From an uncultured virus (IMG/VR IMGVR_UViG_3300023110_000026) (Duplodnaviria > Heunggongvirae > Uroviricota > Caudoviricetes), in IMG/VR virus record IMGVR_UViG_3300023110_000026: a stretch of DNA of 64,000 nt, one strand, 5' to 3'. The position numbers were made by a program, and so were the translations under genes. How positions within the stretch are numbered: position 1 is the stretch's first letter; each line of letters begins with the position of its first letter. Of the stretch, positions 46,295 through 57,400 are shown one piece after another. The notes beneath the pieces are model-generated. The model saw only the letters and a program-made list of their open reading frames with translations. It ran no database searches and was not told where the DNA came from.

Positions 46295-47194
46295 TTACGT
46301 TAAGTTAATCCTTACAAAGCCTGGTCCGCCTGGGCCACCGCAATAACAGTTGCCACCTTGTGCAGATCCTGAAGAACCACCTTTACCTGGTGCCGCGTGG
46401 TGATCATCACCAGCACCCATTAATCCTCGTCCTGTTGCACAACCTGCAAATGAACCATGGTGGTTATATGCACAGAATCTAATAAAGTCATATCTATATC
46501 CGCACTGGTCAAGCATTCCTGGTAGAATGTTTAAGTGCTTATACCAACAAGCGTTGCTATCTTTTTGATGTGTTTGTATTCCGCCTAATCTTCCTGGGAA
46601 GCCGAAGTCAGCGTCGAACCAACAAGCACAACAATTTTCATATCTTGGATCCATAAATGTACCACAACCGCTTGTACCACAAGAACATTGGCTATCTAAA
46701 CATTCAAACATAAAGCATTTAGAATCGCCTGGTTGTCCGCCTTCTGCACAGAAGTTAGTCACTGCTGTAAGTTGATCGTTTCTTGTCATGTATCCATTAT
46801 TAATGTAGGTTTTACAACCTCTGTATCCACAGTCTCTATTTGGTGAACAACAAGCCGGTGGAGCAATACAAATTCTATATTCTGTCTTACAACTCTGTAC
46901 ATTAATACAATCTAATCTAGCATAAGCACCTGATCCAGCACCAAAGCCCCACATACAGCAACAGACGCCAGCACCGCCTCCGCCACCGCCCCACATTTCA
47001 ATTCTTAAAAAACGAATGTCAGGTTCAGGTGTCCAGCAAAACTCGTGTTTACATTCATCTCTAGCATGAGTGATTCCACAAGTTGTAGCAAATGCAACAG
47101 TACAATCGTCGTATTTCCACTTAGGCATCGACGGATTATCAGTATCGAAATCCTCTTTTAATGCTTTGTCTAGTAAACTTTTTAAGTTTGCCAT
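46295..47194 (-). CDS. Cys/Gly-rich protein 1
   Basis: WTP...EMWGGGGGGAGVCCC...TNFCAEGG...GFVRINL; 29 Cys by hand count. Confidence 0.7.
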   Translation of the reverse strand: MANLKSLLDKALKEDFDTDNPSMPKWKYDDCTVAFATTCGITHARDECKHEFCWTPEPDIRFLRIEMWGGGGGGAGVCCCMWGFGAGSGAYARLDCINVQSCKTEYRICIAPPACCSPNRDCGYRGCKTYINNGYMTRNDQLTAVTNFCAEGGQPGDSKCFMFECLDSQCSCGTSGCGTFMDPRYENCCACWFDADFGFPGRLGGIQTHQKDSNACWYKHLNILPGMLDQCGYRYDFIRFCAYNHHGSFAGCATGRGLMGAGDDHHAAPGKGGSSGSAQGGNCYCGGPGGPGFVRINLT

Positions 47195-47229
47195 TTAAAT
47201 CCCCTATACGTTAATCACAAGTCTAAGTA

Positions 47230-47562
47230 TTATGATGATAACAATACCCAACCATAGTTTGCACCAGAGTACATAATTGTCACAACAGCGTTGTTAATGT
47301 TCAAAGTCAAATCTTCTGTTAAGTTTTGAATTTTTGAACCATTACGAGCGATTGTACAGTTGTTTGTACCAAATGAACCAGTGACATCAACTATTTGAAT
47401 AGTATCACCTTTAACTAAACTTGCGTTAGCCGGTAAAGTAATGGTAAATGCCGCACCGCTTGTATCTGCTAAAATACGGTCATTAACTCTTGCAGTTAAC
47501 GCTCCGCTTGCTTCAACAATTACTGCACCGCTTGTACCAGTAGTTGTAATGTATCTTCCCAT
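47230..47562 (-). CDS. Small gp9/gp34-N-like fibre connector domain protein
   Basis: DTSGAAFTITLP...GD.I.IVD..G.F.TNN.TI.RNG..I motif; TAAATA at 47585..47590. Confidence 0.6.
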   Translation of the reverse strand: MGRYITTTGTSGAVIVEASGALTARVNDRILADTSGAAFTITLPANASLVKGDTIQIVDVTGSFGTNNCTIARNGSKIQNLTEDLTLNINNAVVTIMYSGANYGWVLLSS

Positions 47563-47594
47563 TGTAGTTTCCTTTTTCTAATTGTATTTAGCCA

Positions 47595-47912
47595 TTACGC
47601 CGCAGTTTCAATACCCATCACTACTACGGATGTCGCATCCGCACTTGAGTATGCTACGATCTTCTTACCTGCATCTAGCACTAAACCTGTTCTTTCTAGA
47701 ACTCCTTTTGCCATGATCTCAGTGTCATATTCTACCCACTCAGCATCTGTTGGCGTATCTGCCGATGCAACCGCAAGTCTTAGTGACGCGGCTGTGTTAG
47801 ATCTATTACAAAAAGATACCGTGACAACGGCATATGTGCTGGCAGGAACAGTGTAAGCAGTGGTATTAACACCTGCCGCTAACGAGTTTGCACCTAATCT
47901 TCCTGTTGCCAT
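47595..47912 (-). CDS. Small beta-sandwich virion protein, paralog of 61438..61767
   Basis: YTVP...V....N...YD..I...LVLD pattern shared with the paralog. Confidence 0.6.
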   Translation of the reverse strand: MATGRLGANSLAAGVNTTAYTVPASTYAVVTVSFCNRSNTAASLRLAVASADTPTDAEWVEYDTEIMAKGVLERTGLVLDAGKKIVAYSSADATSVVVMGIETAA

Positions 47913-47930
47913 TGTTTTTTTCTCCTTTGT

Positions 47931-50900
47931 TTAACTTAATAAAAACCTTTGTAATGCTACTGCATCACCGTCAATGCCGCCTGTAAAGTTCATTTTGGCT
48001 TTGACTTTAATCTCAACTCCAGTAGTGGTATCAATTTGATCTTCTTTAATTTCAATAACACCTGCTGTCAAGATATTTACGTTCAATTCGGAATTACCGC
48101 CACCAATTTGAGCATTAATAAATGTTCTAATTGCTTTTTGTGTTGGAACAATACTGTCCGAATCTGCCGCAAATGTGCCGTCAGTACTAAATTCAGTAAT
48201 AACAGCGCCTGTTCCACCAAGTTCAACTGAACCTAATGAAAGTTCGTTTAGACCTGCAACGTTAAATGCATCAGCATCTAGTGTTGCAACACCTGTTGAC
48301 TGTTCTACCGAGAACAAGTCACCTACTCTAAAGTTTCCGTCTTGGTCAGTAGATGTAAAGAACACTCTACCGCCGCCACCAACAACTGTTTCATTAGCAG
48401 GAACTGGATTCTGTAATGGAATGCCAGGATAATTAGTTTGTGTATAGTTTCCTGTACCAATGTCTAGGAAGTCATGACCAGTTAGACGTACTTGAGAATA
48501 TCTAATACGCATTTCTACTGGATCAGCGTGTGGTGGTGCAGTGTTTACAGGAATATCCGGAGACACTTGCAATTTACACGCATATAGTCCTTGTGCATTT
48601 GGTCCGGTTAATTCTCTAACAACAACCAGTTTGTAATATTCGCCTGGTAAGTTGTCAAATGTCACGTTTGAACCTGCTTTTGGTGGTTCTGTTAAATTTT
48701 CAACAAATATGTTTGAACCGTTTTGGTACTTGTCAATAGTACCGCTACCTGAAACAGTAGCACTTGCAGTTTCGTACCCTTCACCTCTGTTTAGAATTGT
48801 TGGATTAGCAAGTGCGCCGTCTCCAACTCTAACTTGTACTGGTGCTTCAATTGTGTTGCTTGGATCAGTAATTGTAATGTTTGGTGTTGAAGAATAGCCT
48901 GAACCTGGTTCCCAAATTCTCATTCCTGGAATTTTACCAGTTGCTACTCTTGCTCTAACAAATGCTTGAGCACCTGCTCTTACTAATGCACCGTTTCCTG
49001 AACCACTCTGTAGTGCAAACCATGTAGGTCTACGTCCAGGATTACCAAATGCTAGTGCAGAATATACACCATCTGTTTTACCGTTTGTTTTACCTTTCCA
49101 ACTAATACCGTCTTTTGTTAATGATGTTTGTGAAGTATCAATAATTGTTTCAACATCAAATGTTAAGTCAACGGCTCCACCGCCACCTAACTGTGCATCA
49201 AGAATAGTAATTGTTTCATCAACAACAAATCCTTGTCCTAGTCTGTCAACTGTAATAGTTGCCGCACCTGTTCCATCTACATCAACTGTAAATTCTGCGT
49301 TAGCACCACTACCGTCTGATGTCCAATCACTTGTAGTAATTGTGTAAGAACCTTCTGTTCTAGAAGCGTCTGCGCCACCTACGTTATAAGTTGATTTGAT
49401 TTGACCGTTTGTTGCCGCAAACCAAAGGAATACACCTTGTCCGTATTCTAAGTATCCGTCGCCACCACCAATTGATGAATCAGCAGTAGTATCAATTTCT
49501 GTTTCAACCCAGTTAGAACCATCAAGACTATAATAACCTTGTGTTCCTTTATCGCCAATCATTAAGTAGCGACCATTACCATATGCAATATCTTTTACGT
49601 TTGTGTTTGTGTCAGTAAATGCTGGAAATGCTTTTGAGTTCCAATCAATACCATTGCTCGATTGCAAGTATGTAGCACCATCACCAATTACAATAAATTC
49701 GTCTCTACCGTAAATAATTTTCTTCCAGTTGCCTGTTGATGGTAATGTTGCTGAAGTCCATGTCACACCGTCTGCGGAGTATGCCGCTTGTGTTCCACCT
49801 GATGCAACTGCTACATATACTGCTTTTGCATAGATACTTGCTGACCATGTTGCTGTTGCTGGTAGTGTTGCACTAGACCAACTAGCACCGTCATCTGTTG
49901 AATATGCCGCATCAGTTGAATCTTCTTTAAGAACAACCCAAGTCATTGTACTATCTTCACCAGCACCATAACTTAATCCTACCCATTTTCCAGTAGCAGG
50001 TAGTGTTCCCCCTGCTGACCAACTAGCACCATCTTGTGAATAAACTGTTTGATTGGTGTTATAACCTGCGATAATAAATCTATCATTACCGTATGCCATA
50101 TTATTACGTTTACTTTGTAGACTTACACCATAACTTTGTTGAGCACTTGAGAATGGAGGTTCGCTAATTTCAACTCTTGGTTCAATAACATATTTTGTTG
50201 TTCCGTCTAGTAGTTCTGAAATAGCAGTTCCTGGAATAAAATGATCCCATCCAGGTTGTCCGTCTGATTCTCTAAACACTGTTGCATCTTTATTACCAGC
50301 ATTAAACTGTCCAATAAATCCATACTGTCCAACACCTAAACCACTTGTAAGAATAATTCTCATTCCATCATAGTCACCTGTGTTAGCAGTGTCTGTATTT
50401 GAAATTCTAATTTTAGTAGTATCACCTGTTTGTGCAGTATTATTTGCATAACCATAATCAGCACCACCAAAGTCGCCTTCACCATCTGCGTCAACGTCTG
50501 TGTTTAACATTCTAATATCAAATACTGCTTGGTCTCTATATTCATCACCTAAGATATTAGCATTAACACCGTCGCCAGTGACTGTGTAAGTTGATGTTTC
50601 ATAGTTAATACCAGCATTATCATAGAAGAAAGTTAAAATTTCATTTTGGTCTGTTAGTACATCACCGATTAATGCTTCAGAATATCTATTATTAACTGTA
50701 CCACTAATTACTGTTTCTGTTGCGTCTACCCCTTCTGCTACACAACCATATGTACCATAAGATGAGTTTCCGTTTGTAGCACGGATTTTACCGCCGTTTT
50801 CTGCTAGGTATCCAATGTGTCCGTAGTATGAGAACACGGAAACTAATTCTACCCTTGCTAGGTTAGTGACCCAACAACCAATACCATCACTTAAAATTTG

Positions 50901-53900
50901 TGTAAAGTCGTTAGCAACAATTGAGTCATTGCCGCTATCGTGTAGTTCGCCGTCAACTTTTAATCCAACACACGCTGTACCAAAGTTTGAAACGTTTTGT
51001 ACATAAGGTGACTTAGAAATAATCCATGTTCTATCGTCTGCTGTACCCCAGCCTGGATCAAGCGATACAAACGCACCCGCTGTTGGTCGTTTTGTACCAT
51101 ATGAGTTAGCAGTACCTAGTACACCTGTTAATCCGTTTAATGAACAGTTGCGTAAACCACAACCGTTTCTTAAGTAGAACATATCTTCTGTGACTGAACC
51201 TTCAACTGCGTTTGCATAGAATCTTGCCGCATAATGTGAAGCATATGTGCCACCGTATGTTAAATCATGTATTACAGCGTCGATATAATCTTTAACATCG
51301 TCTTTACAACTTGCAACACTGTAAGTATATGAAGGATATGTTGCTGTAATATAAGCAGTTGCTTCTTCTGCTAGGAAATCTTTGTTTAACGTTAACTGTC
51401 TAACTGCATTATGTACGTTTTGATCTGTACTTCTTACATTACCGTTATAATAAACAGTACCATTAGAAGTGTATTCTTCAAACGTCGAACTATCTAATGC
51501 AATAGTCATTTTATAATCTTCGTATAATGCAAACGTTGTAGTTGTAAGTACATCTACATAGAACATTCTGTCGTTTAGTTCTATCATTCCGTTTACATTT
51601 TTAATGTTTACTAGTGTTCTATCTTGTAAACCGTGTGCTGATGTTGTTTCGATTACACAAGGGTCTGCCTTTGTAATTGAATTAATGCTTAGTGTTGACT
51701 GTCCTGTTGTTAATGTAGGAGCAGTAGAGTCTTGCGAATCATTACCTGCATAGTAAGTGATATAATCAAGTACGTGTTGTAGTTTTGCTACGGCCGCAGT
51801 ACCTTCTGTTGCAGTACCATACGGAAGTGCTTGTACTTGTGATTGTGTGTTAGTACCTGTTTTAGTGACAGCACTACCTTGAATAATATCGCTTAGTAAA
51901 CCTTGTACTCTTGTGATACCTGCTAAACTGTAATCAACATCGCTTCTTGAAACGTAGTCAGTATCTTCACTTGGTCGAATTCTAGTTGAACGCAATTCGT
52001 CACCAACAACTGCTGTATTTGCAGGAACTCTAATAGGAAGAACTTCTTTATATTCTCCTGTTTTAACAAACACAGTTTTTTGTACTTGTTCTTCTGTTGG
52101 AATACCTGATGCACTACCTGCTGTAATAGCATCAGTAATAATTGCAACTAAACTTTCAATAACGCTCTGTGCTTCAGATTCTTCAACAAGAGCAGTATCT
52201 TTTCTTTGTGTAATTGCCGGTGTATAACTGTTTAATGTTTGGTAGTTTGATGCCGGATCAAGACTGCTAATAACAGCATCAATTACTTCAATACCGTAGT
52301 TAATAGAAGCAACTGTTTCTGATTCTTGACCGTTAATATAACTTCCGCCTGCTTTTGTAAAGTAAGCATATGCGGCTTTTCTTGATTCTGTATTGCCACC
52401 ATGTGATAAATCCCAAATAACAGCATCAATAATAATGCCCATGTCTCTATAACATTTTGCACTGTCATATGAGAAAGCACTAGTAAATGGTGCAATGTCA
52501 TTTGCAATTTGATAATCTGTCCATTCAACAATTTCTCTTTGAATAAATTGTCTATTCTCTTTTAATAGTTGTACTGCATTAGGTCTTAGTACACCTTTTT
52601 CAATTGCTTCACAAGCAAATCTTACAGATTTAAAAGGTCTATCAAGTGTAGAACCTCTATTTGGATATGCGCCGTCAACACCATCAGGACCAACATAATA
52701 AACGTGGTCTGTTCTGCCCCAGTATTTCCATGCTGGTAGTCCAGTTGTGTCAACTGTTAATACTTGTCCTTCTTCACCAATTGGTAAACGTGCAGGACCT
52801 GCACCATTGTAAATTAATAGGTCACCGTCTGTTGTTAAGTTAGAACCTTCAGCACCACCTGCTAATAATTTGTAGTAGGTACCTGAAACATCTAAGTCAG
52901 GACGCTTTTGACCAATTGCTTGGTTTGATTGGTGTGCTTGAATTACTACGTATGAGTTCACACCATAGTAAACAACATCACCTAATACATAATCTGTAAT
53001 GTTTGTCCAGTTGCCTTTCCAAGCAAAACCTTCGTTTAATTTTGTCCAAAAAGTTGTTTCACTTGCAGGATTTTTTGCAACACCTTGATGGTCTTGAATA
53101 CACATATAAGTGTATCCACCTAGTCTTACTACATCTCCTACTAGATAATCTTGTAATGAAGAGTCGTCACCATAGTCGCCTCTAAAGTTATAACCTTTTA
53201 GGTATAACTTCCAATCGTTTGCGTTTGCATACGGTGGCTTACCAGTGTTGTTAGTATTTGCAATATAAGAATAACCGCCGTATGTGACAATGTCTCCTGG
53301 TTGATAAACTTCACCATTGCTCCACGAATCTTCGTATTCTAATCCTGGAACAAAAATTGACCAATTGCCTTCATCTGTTGCAAAACTATTAGTTGCTGTA
53401 TGAGCCGCTGTACAAATCCAAATGTTTGCGCCATATTTTACAATGTCATTAATTCTATAACGTGTACCTGTTGACCAAGTTTCTCTGTATTCAATACCTT
53501 TATGAAAGTGTTGCCATTTTGCTTGATCTACTTCTAATCCATCTGCTAAATCTGTTGCAGACTGGTGGCCTTGAATACAAACATAAATTTGACCACCATA
53601 CTTAACAAGGTCATTTAGTTTGTACCTAGTTGAAATTGCCCAGTTGTTTTTCCATTCAAAACCTTCTGTAAAAATATTCCATCTGTCTGCAACTGAAGCA
53701 ATTCTAAATGTCACATTAGGAGCGCCACCACCACCAAGTTGTGCATCAGTAATTGTTAATACATCGCCAACTGCATATCCTGTACCATTGCTTGTTAATG
53801 TAATCGCAACACCACCAATGTTATCAACTGTGGCATCTAAAACTAATCCTGATCCAGAACCGTCTGTTGGTGTAATTCCTGTATATGTTCCCTGACTTCT

Positions 53901-54443
53901 AGAAACGTTTGCCGCTGATATCGAATCAATTGTTAATGCTTTACCATCGTTGTCGTTTTCTAAACCATCACTGTCTGAAGATGCTGTTGCACTTGATGTA
54001 TGATCATCAATACAAACATAAACTGTTCCGCCATACTTGGCAATATCATTAACTTTATATCTTGTGCTAGTTGCCCAAGCGCCGGTATAATTAAAAAATT
54101 CTGCGTATGTGTCCCAGTCGCCTTGGTTAAACTCTAAACCTTTTGTTGTTGTATCGGCTGAAGTGTGGCCATTATTTGCAATATATAGATAACCACCATA
54201 TTTTACAACATCACCTGTTTTATAATAAGTGCTAGTTGCCCAGTCTTCCTTCCATGCAGAACCATCAGCAAACGTATTCCAGTTTGCACTATCTACATAA
54301 AAGTCAGCGTCTGCGGTATGTGCTTCAGTACAAATATATACTTTACCACCGTACCTTACAACATCGTCTTTAACGTATGCTGTACTGGTTGTCCAGTCGC
54401 CTTTCCATACAAATTTAATTCTTCCTAATAGAAATTCAGCCAT
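47931..54443 (-). CDS. 2170 aa multidomain tail fibre/adhesin
   Basis: N-terminal W...Y..GD.V.YGG..Y repeats, beta-helix-like core, YS.DG..W Asp-box repeats, C-terminal STDQDGNFRVG; TAAATA at 54465..54470. Confidence 0.8.
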   Translation of the reverse strand: MAEFLLGRIKFVWKGDWTTSTAYVKDDVVRYGGKVYICTEAHTADADFYVDSANWNTFADGSAWKEDWATSTYYKTGDVVKYGGYLYIANNGHTSADTTTKGLEFNQGDWDTYAEFFNYTGAWATSTRYKVNDIAKYGGTVYVCIDDHTSSATASSDSDGLENDNDGKALTIDSISAANVSRSQGTYTGITPTDGSGSGLVLDATVDNIGGVAITLTSNGTGYAVGDVLTITDAQLGGGGAPNVTFRIASVADRWNIFTEGFEWKNNWAISTRYKLNDLVKYGGQIYVCIQGHQSATDLADGLEVDQAKWQHFHKGIEYRETWSTGTRYRINDIVKYGANIWICTAAHTATNSFATDEGNWSIFVPGLEYEDSWSNGEVYQPGDIVTYGGYSYIANTNNTGKPPYANANDWKLYLKGYNFRGDYGDDSSLQDYLVGDVVRLGGYTYMCIQDHQGVAKNPASETTFWTKLNEGFAWKGNWTNITDYVLGDVVYYGVNSYVVIQAHQSNQAIGQKRPDLDVSGTYYKLLAGGAEGSNLTTDGDLLIYNGAGPARLPIGEEGQVLTVDTTGLPAWKYWGRTDHVYYVGPDGVDGAYPNRGSTLDRPFKSVRFACEAIEKGVLRPNAVQLLKENRQFIQREIVEWTDYQIANDIAPFTSAFSYDSAKCYRDMGIIIDAVIWDLSHGGNTESRKAAYAYFTKAGGSYINGQESETVASINYGIEVIDAVISSLDPASNYQTLNSYTPAITQRKDTALVEESEAQSVIESLVAIITDAITAGSASGIPTEEQVQKTVFVKTGEYKEVLPIRVPANTAVVGDELRSTRIRPSEDTDYVSRSDVDYSLAGITRVQGLLSDIIQGSAVTKTGTNTQSQVQALPYGTATEGTAAVAKLQHVLDYITYYAGNDSQDSTAPTLTTGQSTLSINSITKADPCVIETTSAHGLQDRTLVNIKNVNGMIELNDRMFYVDVLTTTTFALYEDYKMTIALDSSTFEEYTSNGTVYYNGNVRSTDQNVHNAVRQLTLNKDFLAEEATAYITATYPSYTYSVASCKDDVKDYIDAVIHDLTYGGTYASHYAARFYANAVEGSVTEDMFYLRNGCGLRNCSLNGLTGVLGTANSYGTKRPTAGAFVSLDPGWGTADDRTWIISKSPYVQNVSNFGTACVGLKVDGELHDSGNDSIVANDFTQILSDGIGCWVTNLARVELVSVFSYYGHIGYLAENGGKIRATNGNSSYGTYGCVAEGVDATETVISGTVNNRYSEALIGDVLTDQNEILTFFYDNAGINYETSTYTVTGDGVNANILGDEYRDQAVFDIRMLNTDVDADGEGDFGGADYGYANNTAQTGDTTKIRISNTDTANTGDYDGMRIILTSGLGVGQYGFIGQFNAGNKDATVFRESDGQPGWDHFIPGTAISELLDGTTKYVIEPRVEISEPPFSSAQQSYGVSLQSKRNNMAYGNDRFIIAGYNTNQTVYSQDGASWSAGGTLPATGKWVGLSYGAGEDSTMTWVVLKEDSTDAAYSTDDGASWSSATLPATATWSASIYAKAVYVAVASGGTQAAYSADGVTWTSATLPSTGNWKKIIYGRDEFIVIGDGATYLQSSNGIDWNSKAFPAFTDTNTNVKDIAYGNGRYLMIGDKGTQGYYSLDGSNWVETEIDTTADSSIGGGDGYLEYGQGVFLWFAATNGQIKSTYNVGGADASRTEGSYTITTSDWTSDGSGANAEFTVDVDGTGAATITVDRLGQGFVVDETITILDAQLGGGGAVDLTFDVETIIDTSQTSLTKDGISWKGKTNGKTDGVYSALAFGNPGRRPTWFALQSGSGNGALVRAGAQAFVRARVATGKIPGMRIWEPGSGYSSTPNITITDPSNTIEAPVQVRVGDGALANPTILNRGEGYETASATVSGSGTIDKYQNGSNIFVENLTEPPKAGSNVTFDNLPGEYYKLVVVRELTGPNAQGLYACKLQVSPDIPVNTAPPHADPVEMRIRYSQVRLTGHDFLDIGTGNYTQTNYPGIPLQNPVPANETVVGGGGRVFFTSTDQDGNFRVGDLFSVEQSTGVATLDADAFNVAGLNELSLGSVELGGTGAVITEFSTDGTFAADSDSIVPTQKAIRTFINAQIGGGNSELNVNILTAGVIEIKEDQIDTTTGVEIKVKAKMNFTGGIDGDAVALQRFLLS
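52850..54415 (-). repeat. Tandem ~50 aa carbohydrate-binding-module-like (CBM5/12-type) repeats
   Basis: About nine W.T.T.Y..[GN]D.V.YGG..Y.C...H units; boundaries approximate. Confidence 0.65.
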
Positions 54444-54475
54444 GTTTTGCTCCGATATCGTAGTTATTTATTATA

Positions 54476-57400
54476 TTATGCTCCGTAGTTATCATTCGTA
54501 TTCCCTCCGGACTCATCTTGTCCTCCAAAATCATCTGAAATAGCAATGTCAGTACCAAATGCAAAGAACGCTCTAGCCGCCATATCACCGCCTACACCGC
54601 CTTCAAACGATATTTTTGCTTTTGCTTGTATAACACTACCGTCGGTAGTATCTATTTCTTGACCACTATCACCTGATGTAATAACACCAGCAGTGACTTT
54701 GTTAACATTAACACTAGAACCACCACCTGTAATACGTGATTTAACGTATGCCGCTATTGCTTTTTGTGTTGGTACTACGTTATCACTGTTTGCTACAAAC
54801 AGCGGATCAATTGAGAACTCTTTAATTACTGCACCCGTACCACCAAGTGTCACACCACCTAATGATAATTCTGTTAATCCTGATAAATCAAACTGATCAG
54901 CATTAATAGTAATAATACCCGATGCCTGCTCAACTTCAAATAGTTCACCTACTCTAAAGTTTCCATCTTGGTCAGTGGACGAGTAAAACACTCTACCACC
55001 ATCACTAAAGTCTGTTTCGTTTTGTTGTTTTACAGCATCTTCGTCTGCTTCAGTAAATCCTTGTAAGTATCTTACAGGATATCTAGTTGAATTTTTATTA
55101 CCAGTACCAATATCTAGGAAGTCATGGAATGTTAAACGAACCTGACTGTATTGTTCACGCATTACTAGTGCTGTGTTATGATCTGGTGACTCGTCAACTC
55201 CTAATGTTGGACTAATCTGTATTGTTGCTGACAACGTTGGTTCAGATCCTGTAATATCAGTGACTTTTGTGACCAAATATGTTTTTCCGTCAATACCTGT
55301 AATTGATAAGTTAGCACCCGGACCTGGTTCTCTAGTTAAATCAGTGACCTTAATTTTGTTTCCTGTTTGATATACATCAGCATATCCGTCGCCTGTGACA
55401 CTTGCTGTTGCACTTCTAAATTTAGTACCTCTATTTCTAAATGAAGGTTGAGGTAATACACCATTTGCAATTCTTAATTTAACATAAGGATCAACAGTTG
55501 CTAAAGGATCACTAACTGTCATACTCATAGCATCTGTTTCTTCAATTGTAATTGCTGTTGCGCCAGCATCTTCTGTGCTACCATAATACAGACCACTTGG
55601 TGCATCATATTGAATTTCAATTTCAACTGTACGATTTGCATAATCTGCAAAATCTCTAAGGAACACGTCTCTGCTTACAACTGTTGTTCCAAAACGATAT
55701 ACAACATTATCGGACCAAACAATAGTTTTAGCCGCATCTTGATAGATATTCAATGGATGAATGTTATCTTCAACTACACCGTCAACAACTGCACCACCAT
55801 AGTTTTTAAGTGATTCATCACTTAAATCAAAAGTATATCTTCTACCTTCAGTAAATGTTAATGTTGGGTTTTCGCTTCCGTCGATAAAATAAACATCTGC
55901 TGTATCTGCCGCATTTCTACCAAATGTGACAGCAAACGTATTATTAACATTCAATAAATCGCTTTCGTAGTTTGAACCTGGATCATAAATCCAAAACTCG
56001 CCTGCTCTTGTATTTTTAACAAACATTCTAGCAAATGGTTTTCTACCTGCTTGAATTACAACAGCATTTTGTTCGCCTGAACCTTGTAGAGGACTACCAC
56101 TTCCCATTAATACAAATTTACATGAGTTTCCAGGAGTACCAATTCCACAAGTGGTCCAATTAGCAGTAGTTGGAAGAGTTTTTGCTTCCCAAAAAATTCC
56201 ATTTTCTGAAATTGCAAATTCGTCCGTATTAGGTTTAAATGCTACATATACACCTTGGCCGTATCCTAAGAACCAGTTGCCTGTTGATGGTAAAACATTT
56301 TCTTGTCTATACCACGCACCATGGCCGCCTGTTGGATTAATCCATACATCGTCGCTATTTGTTTCTGTTGCAAGGAAAATGTTATTACCATAAACCATGC
56401 TTTCAACATTTGACATATCTCCCATGCTAACAAAGTTTTCAGCCCATTCAGTATTACCAGGTGTTTTTGTATAAATTCTCATTTTAGAAGAATCCCAGTC
56501 ACCCGCTACTGCAACAAACTTGCCGGATCCGTATGCCATTCCTCTAACGCCGCCGTCAAAACTTTCTGCTGACGGTAATTGTCCTGCTGTCCATGTATTG
56601 CCATAATCTAAACTTTGGAAATATTCAGGCGAGCCGTTTGATGTCACTAACCATTCTGAACGCCCATCAACTCTTACAAGTGCATACGAACTATCTGGTT
56701 GTACACCTGATCCTGTACTATTATAGTTTACATAATACATAGGAACACCAACTAACGAGTTGGGTACTGTCCATACTACTTTTCTTGTTTGCGCCGCATT
56801 AAATCCTGATACATAAGCCGCTAAATCTGCAACTTGTTTATTATTAAGATAATATTTTACGCCTTCTGTATATTCGTCGCCGCCGCCATTAATACCTTCC
56901 GGAGTTGAACTAAAATAAATTGGGCAGTTGTTATTTGAGCCATCGTTTTGATTAAACGTATAAGTATTTCCTTCAACAACAGAAATATCTGGAGCAGTAT
57001 TTACTGCGCCATCAAAGTGATAAAGTGGATTGTCTCCAGGTACAGAAACTGTGACTTTAAATGTCTGCTCAATTGTTGGGTTATCACCAAATGCAATATA
57101 TCTTGTTTGAACTCCTGTACTATCGTTAGTGACCTCGTACATTGTCCAGTTTTCGCCGTCGCTTGATACCGCAACAATACCTTCTTTAGCAACAGCAACA
57201 AACTTACCGCCACCGTAATCTAAATCTTGCCAAGACCAACGACCGGTTGATTGTGGAAGATTACTTCCATCCATATTTCCGGCAGTCCAACTAGTACCGT
57301 TTGTAGAATAAACAAACTGATCTGTTCCTGAATTACCAAATTCACTTTGTGCAATAGCAACGTATCTATTATTACCAAACACAACTTTTTTATAGTCTAA

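Noticed and set aside
44558..47194. RiPP precursors or eukaryotic/giant-virus Cys-rich proteins
   Set aside because: At ~290 aa with fibre-type Gly-rich architecture they are too long for precursors; context and expression signals are those of a bacteriophage
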